A stretch of 64,000 nucleotides of DNA, taken from assembly GCA_918797485.1 (NCBI GenBank), contig CAKKNE010000001.1:1860001-1924000 (forward strand), written 5' to 3'. Positions 29,953-39,584 of the stretch are shown here, piece after piece. The notes under the pieces are model-generated. The model did no database searches. It was not told where the DNA came from and was given only the letters and a program-made list of their open reading frames with translations. The stretch's first letter is position 1. Every line of letters starts with the position of its first letter. The DNA is from Pelagomonas calceolata. Lineage: Eukaryota. Position numbers and translations under genes: made by a program.

Positions 29953-30984
29953 ATGGCCCTCTCGAAGGGAGAGCAGTTCCTCCAGGACAACAAGTCCAAG
30001 GAGGGCGTCATCACGCTGCCGAGCGGGCTCCAGTACAAGGTTTTGGTCGAAGGCTCGGGCCTGAAGCGCCCCTTGGTCGACACGCCCTGCGACTGCCACT
30101 ACCTGGGAACGTTGATTGATGGGACGCAGTTCGACAGCTCCTTCGACCGGGGCAAGCCTTCGACGTTCGCCCCGAACCAAGTGATCAAAGGCTGGACCGA
30201 GGCCATGCAGCTCATGGTCGAGGGCGACAAGTGGGAGATGTACATTCCTTATCACTTAGCCTATGGTGAACACGGCAAGCCGCCCAAGATCCCCGCGAAA
30301 AGTACCTTGATCTTCATCATGGAGCTGGTCAAGATCAAGGGGACGTCCAAGCCGGTCGAGGACTTTCCCCAGTGGTCTCCTGAGGACTTGACCCTGTGGA
30401 CTGAGAAGGACCAGGCGGCCTGCGACCAGTGGACCGAGAAGAAAGTTAATGCATATGATGCAGGTGACGCGAAACTCACGGCGCGGTTTTCAGATAGAGC
30501 CGCCCTGGACACGTGGACGGCCCAGCAGTCCCAGAAGACGAAGGACCAGGCCCTCTGGAAGCGCACGCGCGGCGCGCGGCGCAAGGCCAAGGCCGCGCAG
30601 TTCAATGCGAAACCAGTAGACTCGACAGTGACGCCGCCACCCGCACCGTCCCCAGCAAAGATGGACCCCAAGACGGCGCGCGCCATTTTGGACGCCGCGT
30701 TCGCCCAATTCAAGGCCAACAAGGACTCGCTGACGAAGACGATCCAGGACATCGAGAATTCGCCAGGTGACGCGTCGTCCAAACAAATGCAGAAGATGCT
30801 CCAGCTCCTCCCGAAGGTCCAGCAGCTCATGGCGCCCGCCTTGACTGAGCACGGCTTCAAGGCTGATGAATTGATGAGCGTCGTCATGAAGATCCAGGCC
30901 TGCGCGGCCGACGATCCGACGATTGCGGCGGACACGATGAAGCTCATGAAGGCGGCGCAGGGGGACATTTCCGAGCTGGTCTAA
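29953..30984 (+). CDS. FKBP-type peptidyl-prolyl isomerase (Mip-like) with C-terminal helical domain
   Basis: GVITLPSGLQYKVL, HYLGTLIDGTQFDSS, QVIKGWTEAMQLM, YIPYHLAYG and IPAKSTLIF motifs. Confidence 0.92.
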   Translation: MALSKGEQFLQDNKSKEGVITLPSGLQYKVLVEGSGLKRPLVDTPCDCHYLGTLIDGTQFDSSFDRGKPSTFAPNQVIKGWTEAMQLMVEGDKWEMYIPYHLAYGEHGKPPKIPAKSTLIFIMELVKIKGTSKPVEDFPQWSPEDLTLWTEKDQAACDQWTEKKVNAYDAGDAKLTARFSDRAALDTWTAQQSQKTKDQALWKRTRGARRKAKAAQFNAKPVDSTVTPPPAPSPAKMDPKTARAILDAAFAQFKANKDSLTKTIQDIENSPGDASSKQMQKMLQLLPKVQQLMAPALTEHGFKADELMSVVMKIQACAADDPTIAADTMKLMKAAQGDISELV

Positions 30985-31014
30985 TTTTATCACTGGTTTC
31001 TCTGGCTCCTTGGT

Positions 31015-31132
31015 GCCGCGTCGATGGCGTATAGACGGTGTGGCCGCGTCGATGGCGTCCACGACGCGTCCGAGTCGACTTGAGTCGCCCGTAACGCCGT
31101 CGACGCGCTCCCCCATAACGCCATCGACGCGC
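31015..31132. repeat. Palindromic cluster of GCGTCGATGGCGT cores (MITE-like)
   Basis: Two direct copies GCCGCGTCGATGGCGT (31015, 31043) and two inverted copies TAACGCC(G/A)TCGACGCG (31092, 31116) between convergent stops. Confidence 0.8.
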
Positions 31133-31168
31133 CACGAAAGAAGTCCTCCGGGATAATACATCATATAC

Positions 31169-32998
31169 TTAACCTAATCCCAGAAACCGCAGGAACCCTC
31201 CACTGCTCTCGGGGGGCGGCGCGCACTCGTCGCCGACCTCTTGTGTCGAGCCGCAAACCGCTGGGGTTCGCACAATAGCTTGATAGACGCAGGTCCGCGG
31301 CTCGTCGACGCTCACGAGCTCATTCGCGGCGCCGCACTCGAGGTTTACTATCAAAGACCGCGCGGGTCCGTTCCAGCAGTACTCGCCGCCGTCGTACGTT
31401 AGAACGCTCCCGTCGGTCGACCGGTAGTCGCCGAGTCTCGTACTCCCTTGCCGGGCGTTCTTGTAGAAGCAGACCTCGTACAGGTAGCCCTGCAGCGTTC
31501 GGGAGACGCATTTATCTCGTAACGCCCACCTTGCGCCGTCGTCACCATAGTCGGCGTCGCCCAACGCAGCTTTACTCTCCCTCAGCTTATCCTCATTGTC
31601 GTCGCGCGCGCGCTCCAACTCATTTAGCGTATCCTCCAGCGCCTCCAGCTTTTTACGTTTCGAGGACGACAGGTAACTTTCTTCACTATCACGGTACGTC
31701 TCCAGAGCCAGGCGCGTATCGCCCTCGTCATACGAATAGTCATCATCATAACTTGGGGTAGGGGGATACTCGTCCGGGAAGACGTCGTCCGGTATATCGC
31801 CGTACTCGTCGTCGGCGAAGTCCTCATCTTCCAGATCCGCGAAGGTGCCCTCTCGCTCTTCGTCGTCGTCGTAGTCGGCGTCGCCCGGGAAGTCGTCGTA
31901 GTCGTCGTAGGCGTGGTCGTCGAAGTCCTCATCGAAGCCCTCGTCGAAGCCCCCGTAGGCCTCGTCGGCGGCGGCATCCGCGTCGGCGCCAGCCTCGGCC
32001 TCCTCCTCGGCGGCGTCGAACTCCGCGAAGGCGTCGTCGTCGTCGGCAGCAGCGGCGTCGTCTTCGGCGTCGGCCGCCGCCTCGGCGGCGTCGAGGTCGC
32101 TCTCGCCCGGCAGGTCGTCTCCGTCCTCGTCCTCCAACTCCAGCGTCTGCACGTACTCGCCGTCGGCGTCCTCGAGCGTCCGGGCGAAGGGCTCCTCCGC
32201 TTCTTCCGTCGACGCGGCGTCCTCCTGCTCCTCCGCCGGCGCCGCGGCCTCCGGCTCCGGCTCAGGCTCGGCCTCGGGCTCGGCCTCGGGCTCGGGTTCC
32301 GGCTCCTGTTCAGCCTCGGGCTCAGGCTCGGGCTCCTCCGCCTCCGGCAGGCCGTTCGCGACGCGCGCGAGCCGCACGAGCGCGTCGCCCTGATTTGCCT
32401 CGCGCGCGAGGTCCACAACCAGCCCCCGAAGTTGGTCTGCCGTCAGCGCGTCTAAGTGGAGCGCCCTGTACATCTCCTTCGCCGCCGCCGCGTCCCTTAA
32501 TTCGTCCGCCTCGGCGCGTGCCGCGTCGCGCTTCTCCCGCGCGGCGTCGATCTTCGCCTGCATCCCATCGAGGTCGCGCTCGGACGCGGCGAGCTGGCGC
32601 CGCGCCACCTCCCGGCCGCGCTTCGCGGCGCAGGCCATGTCCTTCCGCGCGGCGACGCCCGCGGCCTCGGCTGCTCTCTCGGCCTCCTCTTTCTCGCGCG
32701 CTTGTGACCGGCGCGCCTCACAATCATCTTCACACCCACTCACCTCGTCCGAGCCGTCGCAGCAGTCGCAGACGCCGTCTCCTATTCGGCTCGCCGGAAT
32801 CAGTGTGGTGCCGGAGCCCTCGTCCGGGCATTCAAAGCGCCTCGCGGCTGCGACCGTTGAGCAGGCACTGGTGTTTGGCTCGTCGCAGCCATCGGGCGAG
32901 TCGCAGTAGTCGTCGTTGATGCGGTCCACGGGCACGCCGCAATCTTCGGCTGCAGCCGTGACCCACAGCAGCGCCAAAATGCACGCATTCCTTCTCAT
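31169..32998 (-). CDS. PRKCSH: Glucosidase II beta subunit (PRKCSH-like)
   Basis: Signal peptide; RINDDYCDS..DEPNTSAC, SRIGDGVCDCCDGSDE; acidic middle; MRH domain YEVCFYKNARQ...GGEYCWNGPARS...VDEPRTCVY. Confidence 0.92.
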   Translation of the reverse strand: MRRNACILALLWVTAAAEDCGVPVDRINDDYCDSPDGCDEPNTSACSTVAAARRFECPDEGSGTTLIPASRIGDGVCDCCDGSDEVSGCEDDCEARRSQAREKEEAERAAEAAGVAARKDMACAAKRGREVARRQLAASERDLDGMQAKIDAAREKRDAARAEADELRDAAAAKEMYRALHLDALTADQLRGLVVDLAREANQGDALVRLARVANGLPEAEEPEPEPEAEQEPEPEPEAEPEAEPEPEPEAAAPAEEQEDAASTEEAEEPFARTLEDADGEYVQTLELEDEDGDDLPGESDLDAAEAAADAEDDAAAADDDDAFAEFDAAEEEAEAGADADAAADEAYGGFDEGFDEDFDDHAYDDYDDFPGDADYDDDEEREGTFADLEDEDFADDEYGDIPDDVFPDEYPPTPSYDDDYSYDEGDTRLALETYRDSEESYLSSSKRKKLEALEDTLNELERARDDNEDKLRESKAALGDADYGDDGARWALRDKCVSRTLQGYLYEVCFYKNARQGSTRLGDYRSTDGSVLTYDGGEYCWNGPARSLIVNLECGAANELVSVDEPRTCVYQAIVRTPAVCGSTQEVGDECAPPPESSGGFLRFLGLG

Positions 32999-33382
32999 CT
33001 TTCGCCAGCGCACGAATGCGATCGATGTGGATCTGCGAGGCTGCGATGCACTGCGTTAACGCGCGCGCGCGTGCCTGGCGCGACCTCGGCGGCGACCTCG
33101 ATGTCTTGGGTCTTGCGCGGCCGCCGCCCTTATCCGTCTGGTCGCTCTGGTGGCACTGGTCCTTCGCCGACGCTTCCCGTCGCGAAACGACGTGTGCTAG
33201 AATTCGAAGGCATTGGCAAACTGGCTGGCATCGATTTTCATAGCCCCACTGCTCGCCCGCGAATCGACCAGGGACTGACGCAGTCAAGGAGAGAGCTGCT
33301 CCGCACAAGCCATCGCGGCTGCCAAAGTGCGAGACATCACCGAAGCGCCCAGACAGAGAACAAGCCAAAAACCACTGCCATC

Positions 33383-34633
33383 ATGCGGATCATATTGCTG
33401 GCGTGCGCGACGACGCACGCCCTGATAGCCCCGCAGCGGCGGCAACCAGCCAAAACGATTCGCTACGTGAAGGTCGACACGGACAACTTTTTCTTCAAGG
33501 CGCTCGACGGCGCGAAGGAGCTCGCGTTCAGGGCCGGAGATTTGTTGGAGGACGCGGGCGACGTGGCGAAGGACGCGATGGACCGCGCGAAGGAGGCCCG
33601 GGCGCCGAAGCCGCCCGCCGATGCCGCAGCTGCGAAGGTACCAGTCAAGAAGGCGCCGTTCGACCTCGCGAGCGCGTTCAACAAGGCACCAGCCGCGCTG
33701 AAGGTCGCCGCGCCGCCGGCCGCGCCGGTCGCCAAGAAGAAGGCGCCCTTCGATTTCGGCGGCCTCGCGAGCGCGGTGCAAGCGAAGAAGCCGAGCGCCA
33801 AACAGGCGCCATTTGATTTCAAGGCAGCGAACGAGGCCTCCAAGGCGCGCGTCGACGCCGCGTTCGCGTCCCTCGACGCCGCGACCGACGCGCTCCAAGC
33901 GGCACCGGAGGCCGCCGCGGAGACGGCCGCGTCGTTCCTGAAAGCGCTACAGGGCGCCGCCGCGGCCGTCGCCAAGGCGCCCGACCAAGCCAAGGAGGCG
34001 CTCGACGCGACGACCGCCGCCGTCGAGGCCACGGCCGAGTCGATTGCGGCCCTCCCCGACAACGTCAAGAGTACCGCGGACAGCGTCGGGTCCGCGGTCA
34101 CGGGCACCGTCGACGCGGTCGCGTCCATCCCGGAGAACGTGAAGAACACGGCGGACAGCGTCTCGTCGACGGTCAAGTCGACGGCGGACGCCGTGGCTTC
34201 CATCCCGGAGACCGTAAAGTCGACGGCCGAGGCCGTGGCGGCCGTACCAGAGAAAATTGGAAACGCCGTCGACAGTGCGGTGGCGACGGCCGAGGCCGTG
34301 GCCGCGGTGCCGGGCAAAATTGCGGACGGCGTCGCTGGCTTTTCCGCGTGGCTCCAGAGCGTCCTGCCCAAGGGCCCGCCGCAGCTGCGGCCACCGCCCG
34401 ACCAGCTCCGGTCGGCGCAACCTGCACCAAAGAAGAAGTGGGGCCGGCCGATGGAGCTTCCAAAGGAGGAGCCGGTCGCGGCGCCACCAAAGGCCTCACC
34501 GACCGCCGCCCCGGTCATCGACGTCGAGGCCTACGTCCCCGCGGCGACTTCCGAGACGGAGTGGGCCGAAATGGAAACCAAGGAGCGCTCGGCGAAGAAG
34601 CCGGCGCCTACGTCGTATTTGGACGGGCTCTAG
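33383..34633 (+). CDS. Ala-rich targeted protein with 11-mer amphipathic repeats
   Basis: Signal MRIILLACATTHAL; K(K/Q)APFD repeats; repeats such as AVASIPENVKNTADSVSSTVKST; C-terminus TSYLDGL. Confidence 0.75.
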   Translation: MRIILLACATTHALIAPQRRQPAKTIRYVKVDTDNFFFKALDGAKELAFRAGDLLEDAGDVAKDAMDRAKEARAPKPPADAAAAKVPVKKAPFDLASAFNKAPAALKVAAPPAAPVAKKKAPFDFGGLASAVQAKKPSAKQAPFDFKAANEASKARVDAAFASLDAATDALQAAPEAAAETAASFLKALQGAAAAVAKAPDQAKEALDATTAAVEATAESIAALPDNVKSTADSVGSAVTGTVDAVASIPENVKNTADSVSSTVKSTADAVASIPETVKSTAEAVAAVPEKIGNAVDSAVATAEAVAAVPGKIADGVAGFSAWLQSVLPKGPPQLRPPPDQLRSAQPAPKKKWGRPMELPKEEPVAAPPKASPTAAPVIDVEAYVPAATSETEWAEMETKERSAKKPAPTSYLDGL

Positions 34634-35000
34634 GCCCTCGTCCTTTTCTTCCGGGGTGTGTTAATCGTTTTTGTGAGATCTCTAGTCTCCTGTCGTCGTC
34701 GCGGCGACGGCGTGCTGGTGGGATAGGGAGCTGCCTGGGTGGCAGTTGGAGCATCTAGTGGGAGCACCTGGCCCGCGCCGGGCCGGTACCGGTTTCTCGT
34801 GCAGCCAAATACCGAACCCGCCGTCCATGCTTCAAGATAGAGCTCCTCCGGTGTTGCAGCAACATGATACGCGTGATACGTGTGCGCTATGACCCGCACC
34901 CGCACCATCTGAGCTCATGAAGATCATGAAGAGATAATCATACGGTGTCGAGCCATTATCAGTGGATAAAACTCGTGGGTAACAGCTGCCAGGGTCAAGT

Positions 35001-36076
35001 ATGATCAGCTGCTCGAAGTTTTGCGTAGCAGTTTGGCTCGGGACGGCGCTGGCATTGCGCACAGCCACTCTGCGCACCACCCCCCGGCGCTGGCCGACGC
35101 GCACGGCTGGAAACGGACGTGGCTTCGTGACGCCGCAAATGGCTCTCGATGGAGGCCCGAAGCCGCCGCAGCGGATGCCTCAAGCCGCCCCGGACGCGAC
35201 GCAGCCGCTGGAGACGACGCGGCGCACGGCGCTCTACGCCGCCGGCGCGTGCGCGTGCGGCTGTGGCCTGTATCTCGCGACGAGCGATGACGAAACGTTC
35301 GTCGACGCCGCGCAAATCAAGCTCAACGACGCCGCAAAGGCGAGGGACGAGCGGTTCGCGCGCGTCATGAGCTGTGTGGAATCAAATTGTCGCGGCGCGT
35401 CTCGAATCATGGCCTCCACGCCATCGACGCGACGTTCACACAGGTCATGAGCGGTGGGATGCGCGACTATGAAGGTTGGGAAGAAGTAAGGGCGTTCAAG
35501 ACCGACCTCTTCGCCCACGTCCAAAAAAACGACGACGTCGTCGAGATTGGGATAGGCAGCGCGCCGAACCTCCAGTATTATGGCTCCAAAGCGAAGCGCG
35601 TGCGCGCCGTCGAGCCGAACGCGGCCTTTTTTGACTTGGCGGCGACGCAAGCCCAGTGGGAAGACACGACGCTCGACGTCGTCCAGGGCGTCGCCGAGGC
35701 GATGCCTTTTGAAGATAACTCGGTCGACGTGGTCGTGGGCACGATGGTCCTCTGCTCCGTCACCAGTGTAAGGAAGGCCTGCGAGGAGGTGAAGCGGGTC
35801 CTGAAGCCCGGGGGCCGGTATTTATTTACGGAGCACACGCGCGCGCCGGAGGACTGGCGGTTGCTGAACGCGGCGCAGACGGTCATGGACCCGCTCCAGA
35901 ACGCTTTGGCGAACGGCTGCCACTTGCGGCGGGACCCGCGGCCTACGATAGAACGGGTCTTTGGCACGGGAAATGTTGATGCGCGGTCGTTCGTGCTCTC
36001 CAATACCCAACGGGGGCCGCCGTGGCCGCCGCACTTTTTGCTGGCGCCGCATCTGGTGGGGGTCGCGCGGGTATAA
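35001..36076 (+). CDS. METTL7-like type-11 SAM methyltransferase, 2 exons (35001-35363, 35444-36076)
   Basis: VVEIGIGSAPNL, AEAMPFEDNSVDVVVGTMVLCSV and RVLKPGGRYLFTEH; splicing joins ERFAR to VMSGGMRDYE. Confidence 0.88.
35364..35451 (+). mobile_element. Introner-like element (intron 35364-35443)
   Basis: Perfect 8-bp TSD GTCATGAG at 35364 and 35444; TIR CTGTGTG...CACACAG; internal ACGCCATCGACGCGAC core. Confidence 0.9.
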
Positions 36077-36327
36077 TTATTTATTCTATGTTCGCGTCGA
36101 TGGCGTCTTGGGGTGCGTTGCGCGCGGCCGCGGCCGGCGGAGATTTCTTCCTCCGACCTGTACAAGTGAGTAGGCACTGCTCTTCGGAGTGTCACCACGT
36201 CTTTCGAGCCGTTGCTTCGGCCGGAAGTTGCGGGGCGACCTGTTTTTTGGTGTGGGCATCTCACAACTTTTTTTGGACCTCCTGCGACCACCTCATTGCA
36301 TATATACGTCGTAAAACCACATCAGAA

Positions 36328-37306
36328 ATGCGTAACGTCTTGCTTATCCTCGCCTGCGGCGCCCAACTCGCCGCCGCGCACGATCTACAAGCAAAAACTG
36401 AGCACATTGTCCATCTCTCCAGTGAAAAGCACCACGATTCGCTCGCGAGAGACTATCCCAATGCACTCCACGCCATCACGCACCTGCCGTCGGTTCCAGC
36501 TCTGATCCTCGACCTAACGCCGGCCGAGGCCACGGCGCTCAAGCGCGACGACCGCGTCCGCGCCGTGGACGAAGCCGCAACGGTTTCGCTCCCGGACACG
36601 CCGACGCGGAGACAGCTGGCCGACGCCAACGCGACGGACGTCGAGGCCCTCGTCGGCGGCCGCGCCGGCAACTACTGGTTCGACCGCTCGCACTCGCTCG
36701 GCGAGCCCTGGAACTTAGGGAAGACGGACTGGTACGACAAGAGCCACAGCCAGGGCAAGCCCTGGAATTTAGATAGGATCAACGGCCGCCTCGACGGCGA
36801 CGACTCGACGAAGCTCAGTGGAAAAGGTGTTAACATCTTCGTCCTCGACACTGGTTTAGATACAACACATCCGGAATTCAAGGTGTGCGGCCTCGGCGTC
36901 TTCCTAGCCTGAGCAAGCGATTGCTCTCTTATCGTCCCCTTTTCCCCGGCGGGACCGTCGCCTGTACTGGCTCACGTCCTGCCCCCTTCCCATCCCTTCC
37001 CGGCGGAACCGTCGCCTGTGATTGGCTCAAGTTCCGCCCCCTATCCCTTTTTGATGTGCTATCGTAACTAGTCTATCGTTCTTTACGCGTCGCGTCGATG
37101 GCGTCGAGGCCTTATTTTTCTCTCTCGTCGACGGCCCGCAGCGCTGGGTCTGGGCTTACGTCTGCCGGTCGAACTACGCGCCGACGCCGCGGCCCGTGGC
37201 CGCGCCGAAGAGCAGCGGCAACTACGCGCCGACGTACCAGCCCACCGAAAACCCGGACCGGCGGCTCGCGGGCGCGCCGACGCTCCGCGGCAGCTACTCC
37301 GCGTGA
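36328..37306 (+). pseudogene. Truncated subtilisin-like (S8) protease gene, possible exons 36328-36882 and 37142-37306
   Basis: Signal peptide, I9-like propeptide, PWNLDRI and GKGVNIFVLDTGLDTTHPEF (catalytic Asp). No HGT or GTSMA motif found. Phase-0 GT...AG leads to a Pro/Thr tail. Confidence 0.6.
36935..37047 (+). repeat. ~57-bp tandem duplication, with a third degenerate copy at about 37329-37388
   Basis: CCCGGCGG(G/A)ACCGTCGCCTGT..TGGCTCA.GT.C.GCCCCCT repeated twice. Confidence 0.8.
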
Positions 37307-37618
37307 GTAGACCTTCCACCACGACCTCCCCCTCCCCCGGCGGGACTGCCGCGCTTTATTGCGCTCAGGTCTCGTCCTCCCCCCTCTCGGTGCTGTCGCG
37401 CTTTACGGAGCGCTCAGGTGCCGTCCTTCCCTCGTCGTTTGGCGCGCTCTTACACTCGACTCGCGTAATGAGCCGCTCTCTTGTTGAATTCTTGTGTTTT
37501 TCTGGTCGTCGGTCGACGGCGTTCTTGTTGTACTGGAAGTACCGACACCGTCGAGGGCGGCTCGACGATTTTTGGGGCGCGGCCGCCGAAGAAGTAGTAT
37601 ACAGTACAAATCAATTAC

Positions 37619-39322
37619 TTAATAAACCCGACCATTGCGGTCCCGCTCCGCCTCGACGCCCGCATAGTAGGCGTCGTTGTAGGCGGGCTCGGCTTGGGGG
37701 AGCGCTCGGACGTCGACGAAGCGCCGGCCGTTCGGGAGAGGGGCGCGCCCGACGAGCTGCGCGCCGCTCAGGCGCGGCCCGAACACCTGGGGGAAACCCT
37801 CCACGCTACAGTAGGGGTAGAGGCGCAGCACCTCGAACTCACCGCTCACGTACCACTCAATGTACGACGGGAGGCCCGCGGGCCGGCCGCCCCCTTTGTA
37901 GGGTCGGACGAGCGACGCCCCGCCCGCCATGCCGTCGTAGAGCGTCTGCCAGGGCGGCCGCGGCGGCTTGGGCTTGGGCTTGGGCTTGGGCTTGGGCGTC
38001 GGCGGTTTGGGCGGCTTCGGCGTCGGCTCCGGGTCCGGTTTCGGCTCCGGGTCCGGTTTCGGCGTCGGCTCCGGTTTCGGCGTCGGCTCCGGTTTGGCGT
38101 CCTCCAGCGCGTGCGGCCCCACCGCAAACGTGTCGAGGCAGGACTTGACCTCCCGGTCATGCTGCCCGTCGTAGCCCGACGGCCGCGGCAGCGGCGCGTC
38201 CAGGAACGCGTTGGACCAGACGCCTGCGTTGTTGTACATCATGTACATCAACAGGAAGACGCGCCACTCGGGCGTCTTGATGAGGAACTCGAACTGCGGC
38301 TCCGATATCCCTAACACGCTGCCCTTAGACCTTGTGAGCGTCGACACCGTCTTCCACACGCCTTTGACTTTCCCTAGGGACCGCTCACCAACATACAAGA
38401 GCGGGGAGGGTTTCATCTCCGTGGTGTTGTCAATCATATCAAAGACGAGCTGCCACCCGCCCGCCGCGAAGTGGGCCATGAGCACGGGCGACGCAGTCCG
38501 CAACTCCAACAGATCCTGCTTCATTGACGACTCGTACTTCCTCTCGAGCTGGCTGTACGCGGTCGGATTCTCAACAAGTTGGGCCACGCTGTTCGAGGAG
38601 AGCACTATCAGCTGAATCCAGCGACCATAGAAACAGCTCGCAGACCCTAATGGACCCAATCCGAGATCTAGGGAGCGTTTGACCGCGGCGGCGCGCGACG
38701 CCGCGTCATCGAGGGCCATGGTGATACAAAACATCGTAACCGCGACTGGGTGAACCGAGACCTTCTTGTCGACGTGCTTCGAGACCTTCTCATGGATCGG
38801 CCCAGCGAAGTAGAGTCCGGGCGTGTCGGCCGTAGTGGGGAGAATACATTCCAGGTCCGTCAAAATGTCGAAGAAGCAGCCCGTGATTTTTCTCGCGTCG
38901 TCCCTCACAGATCGGGGTAACTCCATGACTGATGCAGCCGCATCATCGTCGGCCAAGCCGAGTAATAGTTCATAGATGAAGCCCCAGAGCCGGAGGCGCT
39001 CCGGGCCTTGTTTCGAGCCCAGCGAGAAGCCGCGGTCCCGCGCGATGGGAATAAGGGTGTTGTGCAGCTTCCATGCGCCCTGGCTGATCAACAACGGAGA
39101 CAGCTTCACGCCGACCGCGCGGCACCACTTTAGTGTCTTCTCGCGGCTGCCGTGCACCGCGTCTTGGTAGCTGAGCCACTCTTCAATACCGTAGCTCCCC
39201 CCCTCGGTGCAGGCCAGGTAGCAGCTCGGCGAAATCTCCACTCCTTCCTGCACGAACGCGTGCGCGCCGCCGTAGGTGTCCAGGAATTGGAGGCTCAATT
39301 TTGGCTTGGCCCCTTTGCCCAT
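37619..39322 (-). CDS. Hypothetical protein (567 aa) with PE/PK repeat linker
   Basis: Long ATG ORF; KPEPTPKPEPTPKPDPEPKPDPEP...PKPKPKPKP region; no family recognised. Confidence 0.75.
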   Translation of the reverse strand: MGKGAKPKLSLQFLDTYGGAHAFVQEGVEISPSCYLACTEGGSYGIEEWLSYQDAVHGSREKTLKWCRAVGVKLSPLLISQGAWKLHNTLIPIARDRGFSLGSKQGPERLRLWGFIYELLLGLADDDAAASVMELPRSVRDDARKITGCFFDILTDLECILPTTADTPGLYFAGPIHEKVSKHVDKKVSVHPVAVTMFCITMALDDAASRAAAVKRSLDLGLGPLGSASCFYGRWIQLIVLSSNSVAQLVENPTAYSQLERKYESSMKQDLLELRTASPVLMAHFAAGGWQLVFDMIDNTTEMKPSPLLYVGERSLGKVKGVWKTVSTLTRSKGSVLGISEPQFEFLIKTPEWRVFLLMYMMYNNAGVWSNAFLDAPLPRPSGYDGQHDREVKSCLDTFAVGPHALEDAKPEPTPKPEPTPKPDPEPKPDPEPTPKPPKPPTPKPKPKPKPKPPRPPWQTLYDGMAGGASLVRPYKGGGRPAGLPSYIEWYVSGEFEVLRLYPYCSVEGFPQVFGPRLSGAQLVGRAPLPNGRRFVDVRALPQAEPAYNDAYYAGVEAERDRNGRVY

Positions 39323-39447
39323 GATTTATGCGGGATCTTCGCTGCTGTGGCCTGGGCTGCACTGATGCGATGCTGGTGCTTACGTGCTGTGTGCCGAAAG
39401 CCGTTGCAGATGGAGGCTTTTGCCGGCGACGGGCAAATTGTCGCGGG

Positions 39448-39468
39448 CTAGCGTCCGTAACACACTAG
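39448..39468 (-). promoter_or_regulatory. CTAG-box motif copy
   Basis: Reverse complement CTAGTGTGTTACGGACGCTAG, centred between divergent ATGs 39322 and 39585. Confidence 0.65.
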
Positions 39469-39584
39469 AGAGCCTTTTTTTTGCGTGAAAAGACAGTAAA
39501 GACAGTCTCTACCGGTAGCAGCGATCGATATCACACTCGCATCGCTCCAGCAGAGCCTCTAGCACAACGCTCCAGCGTCGCACG

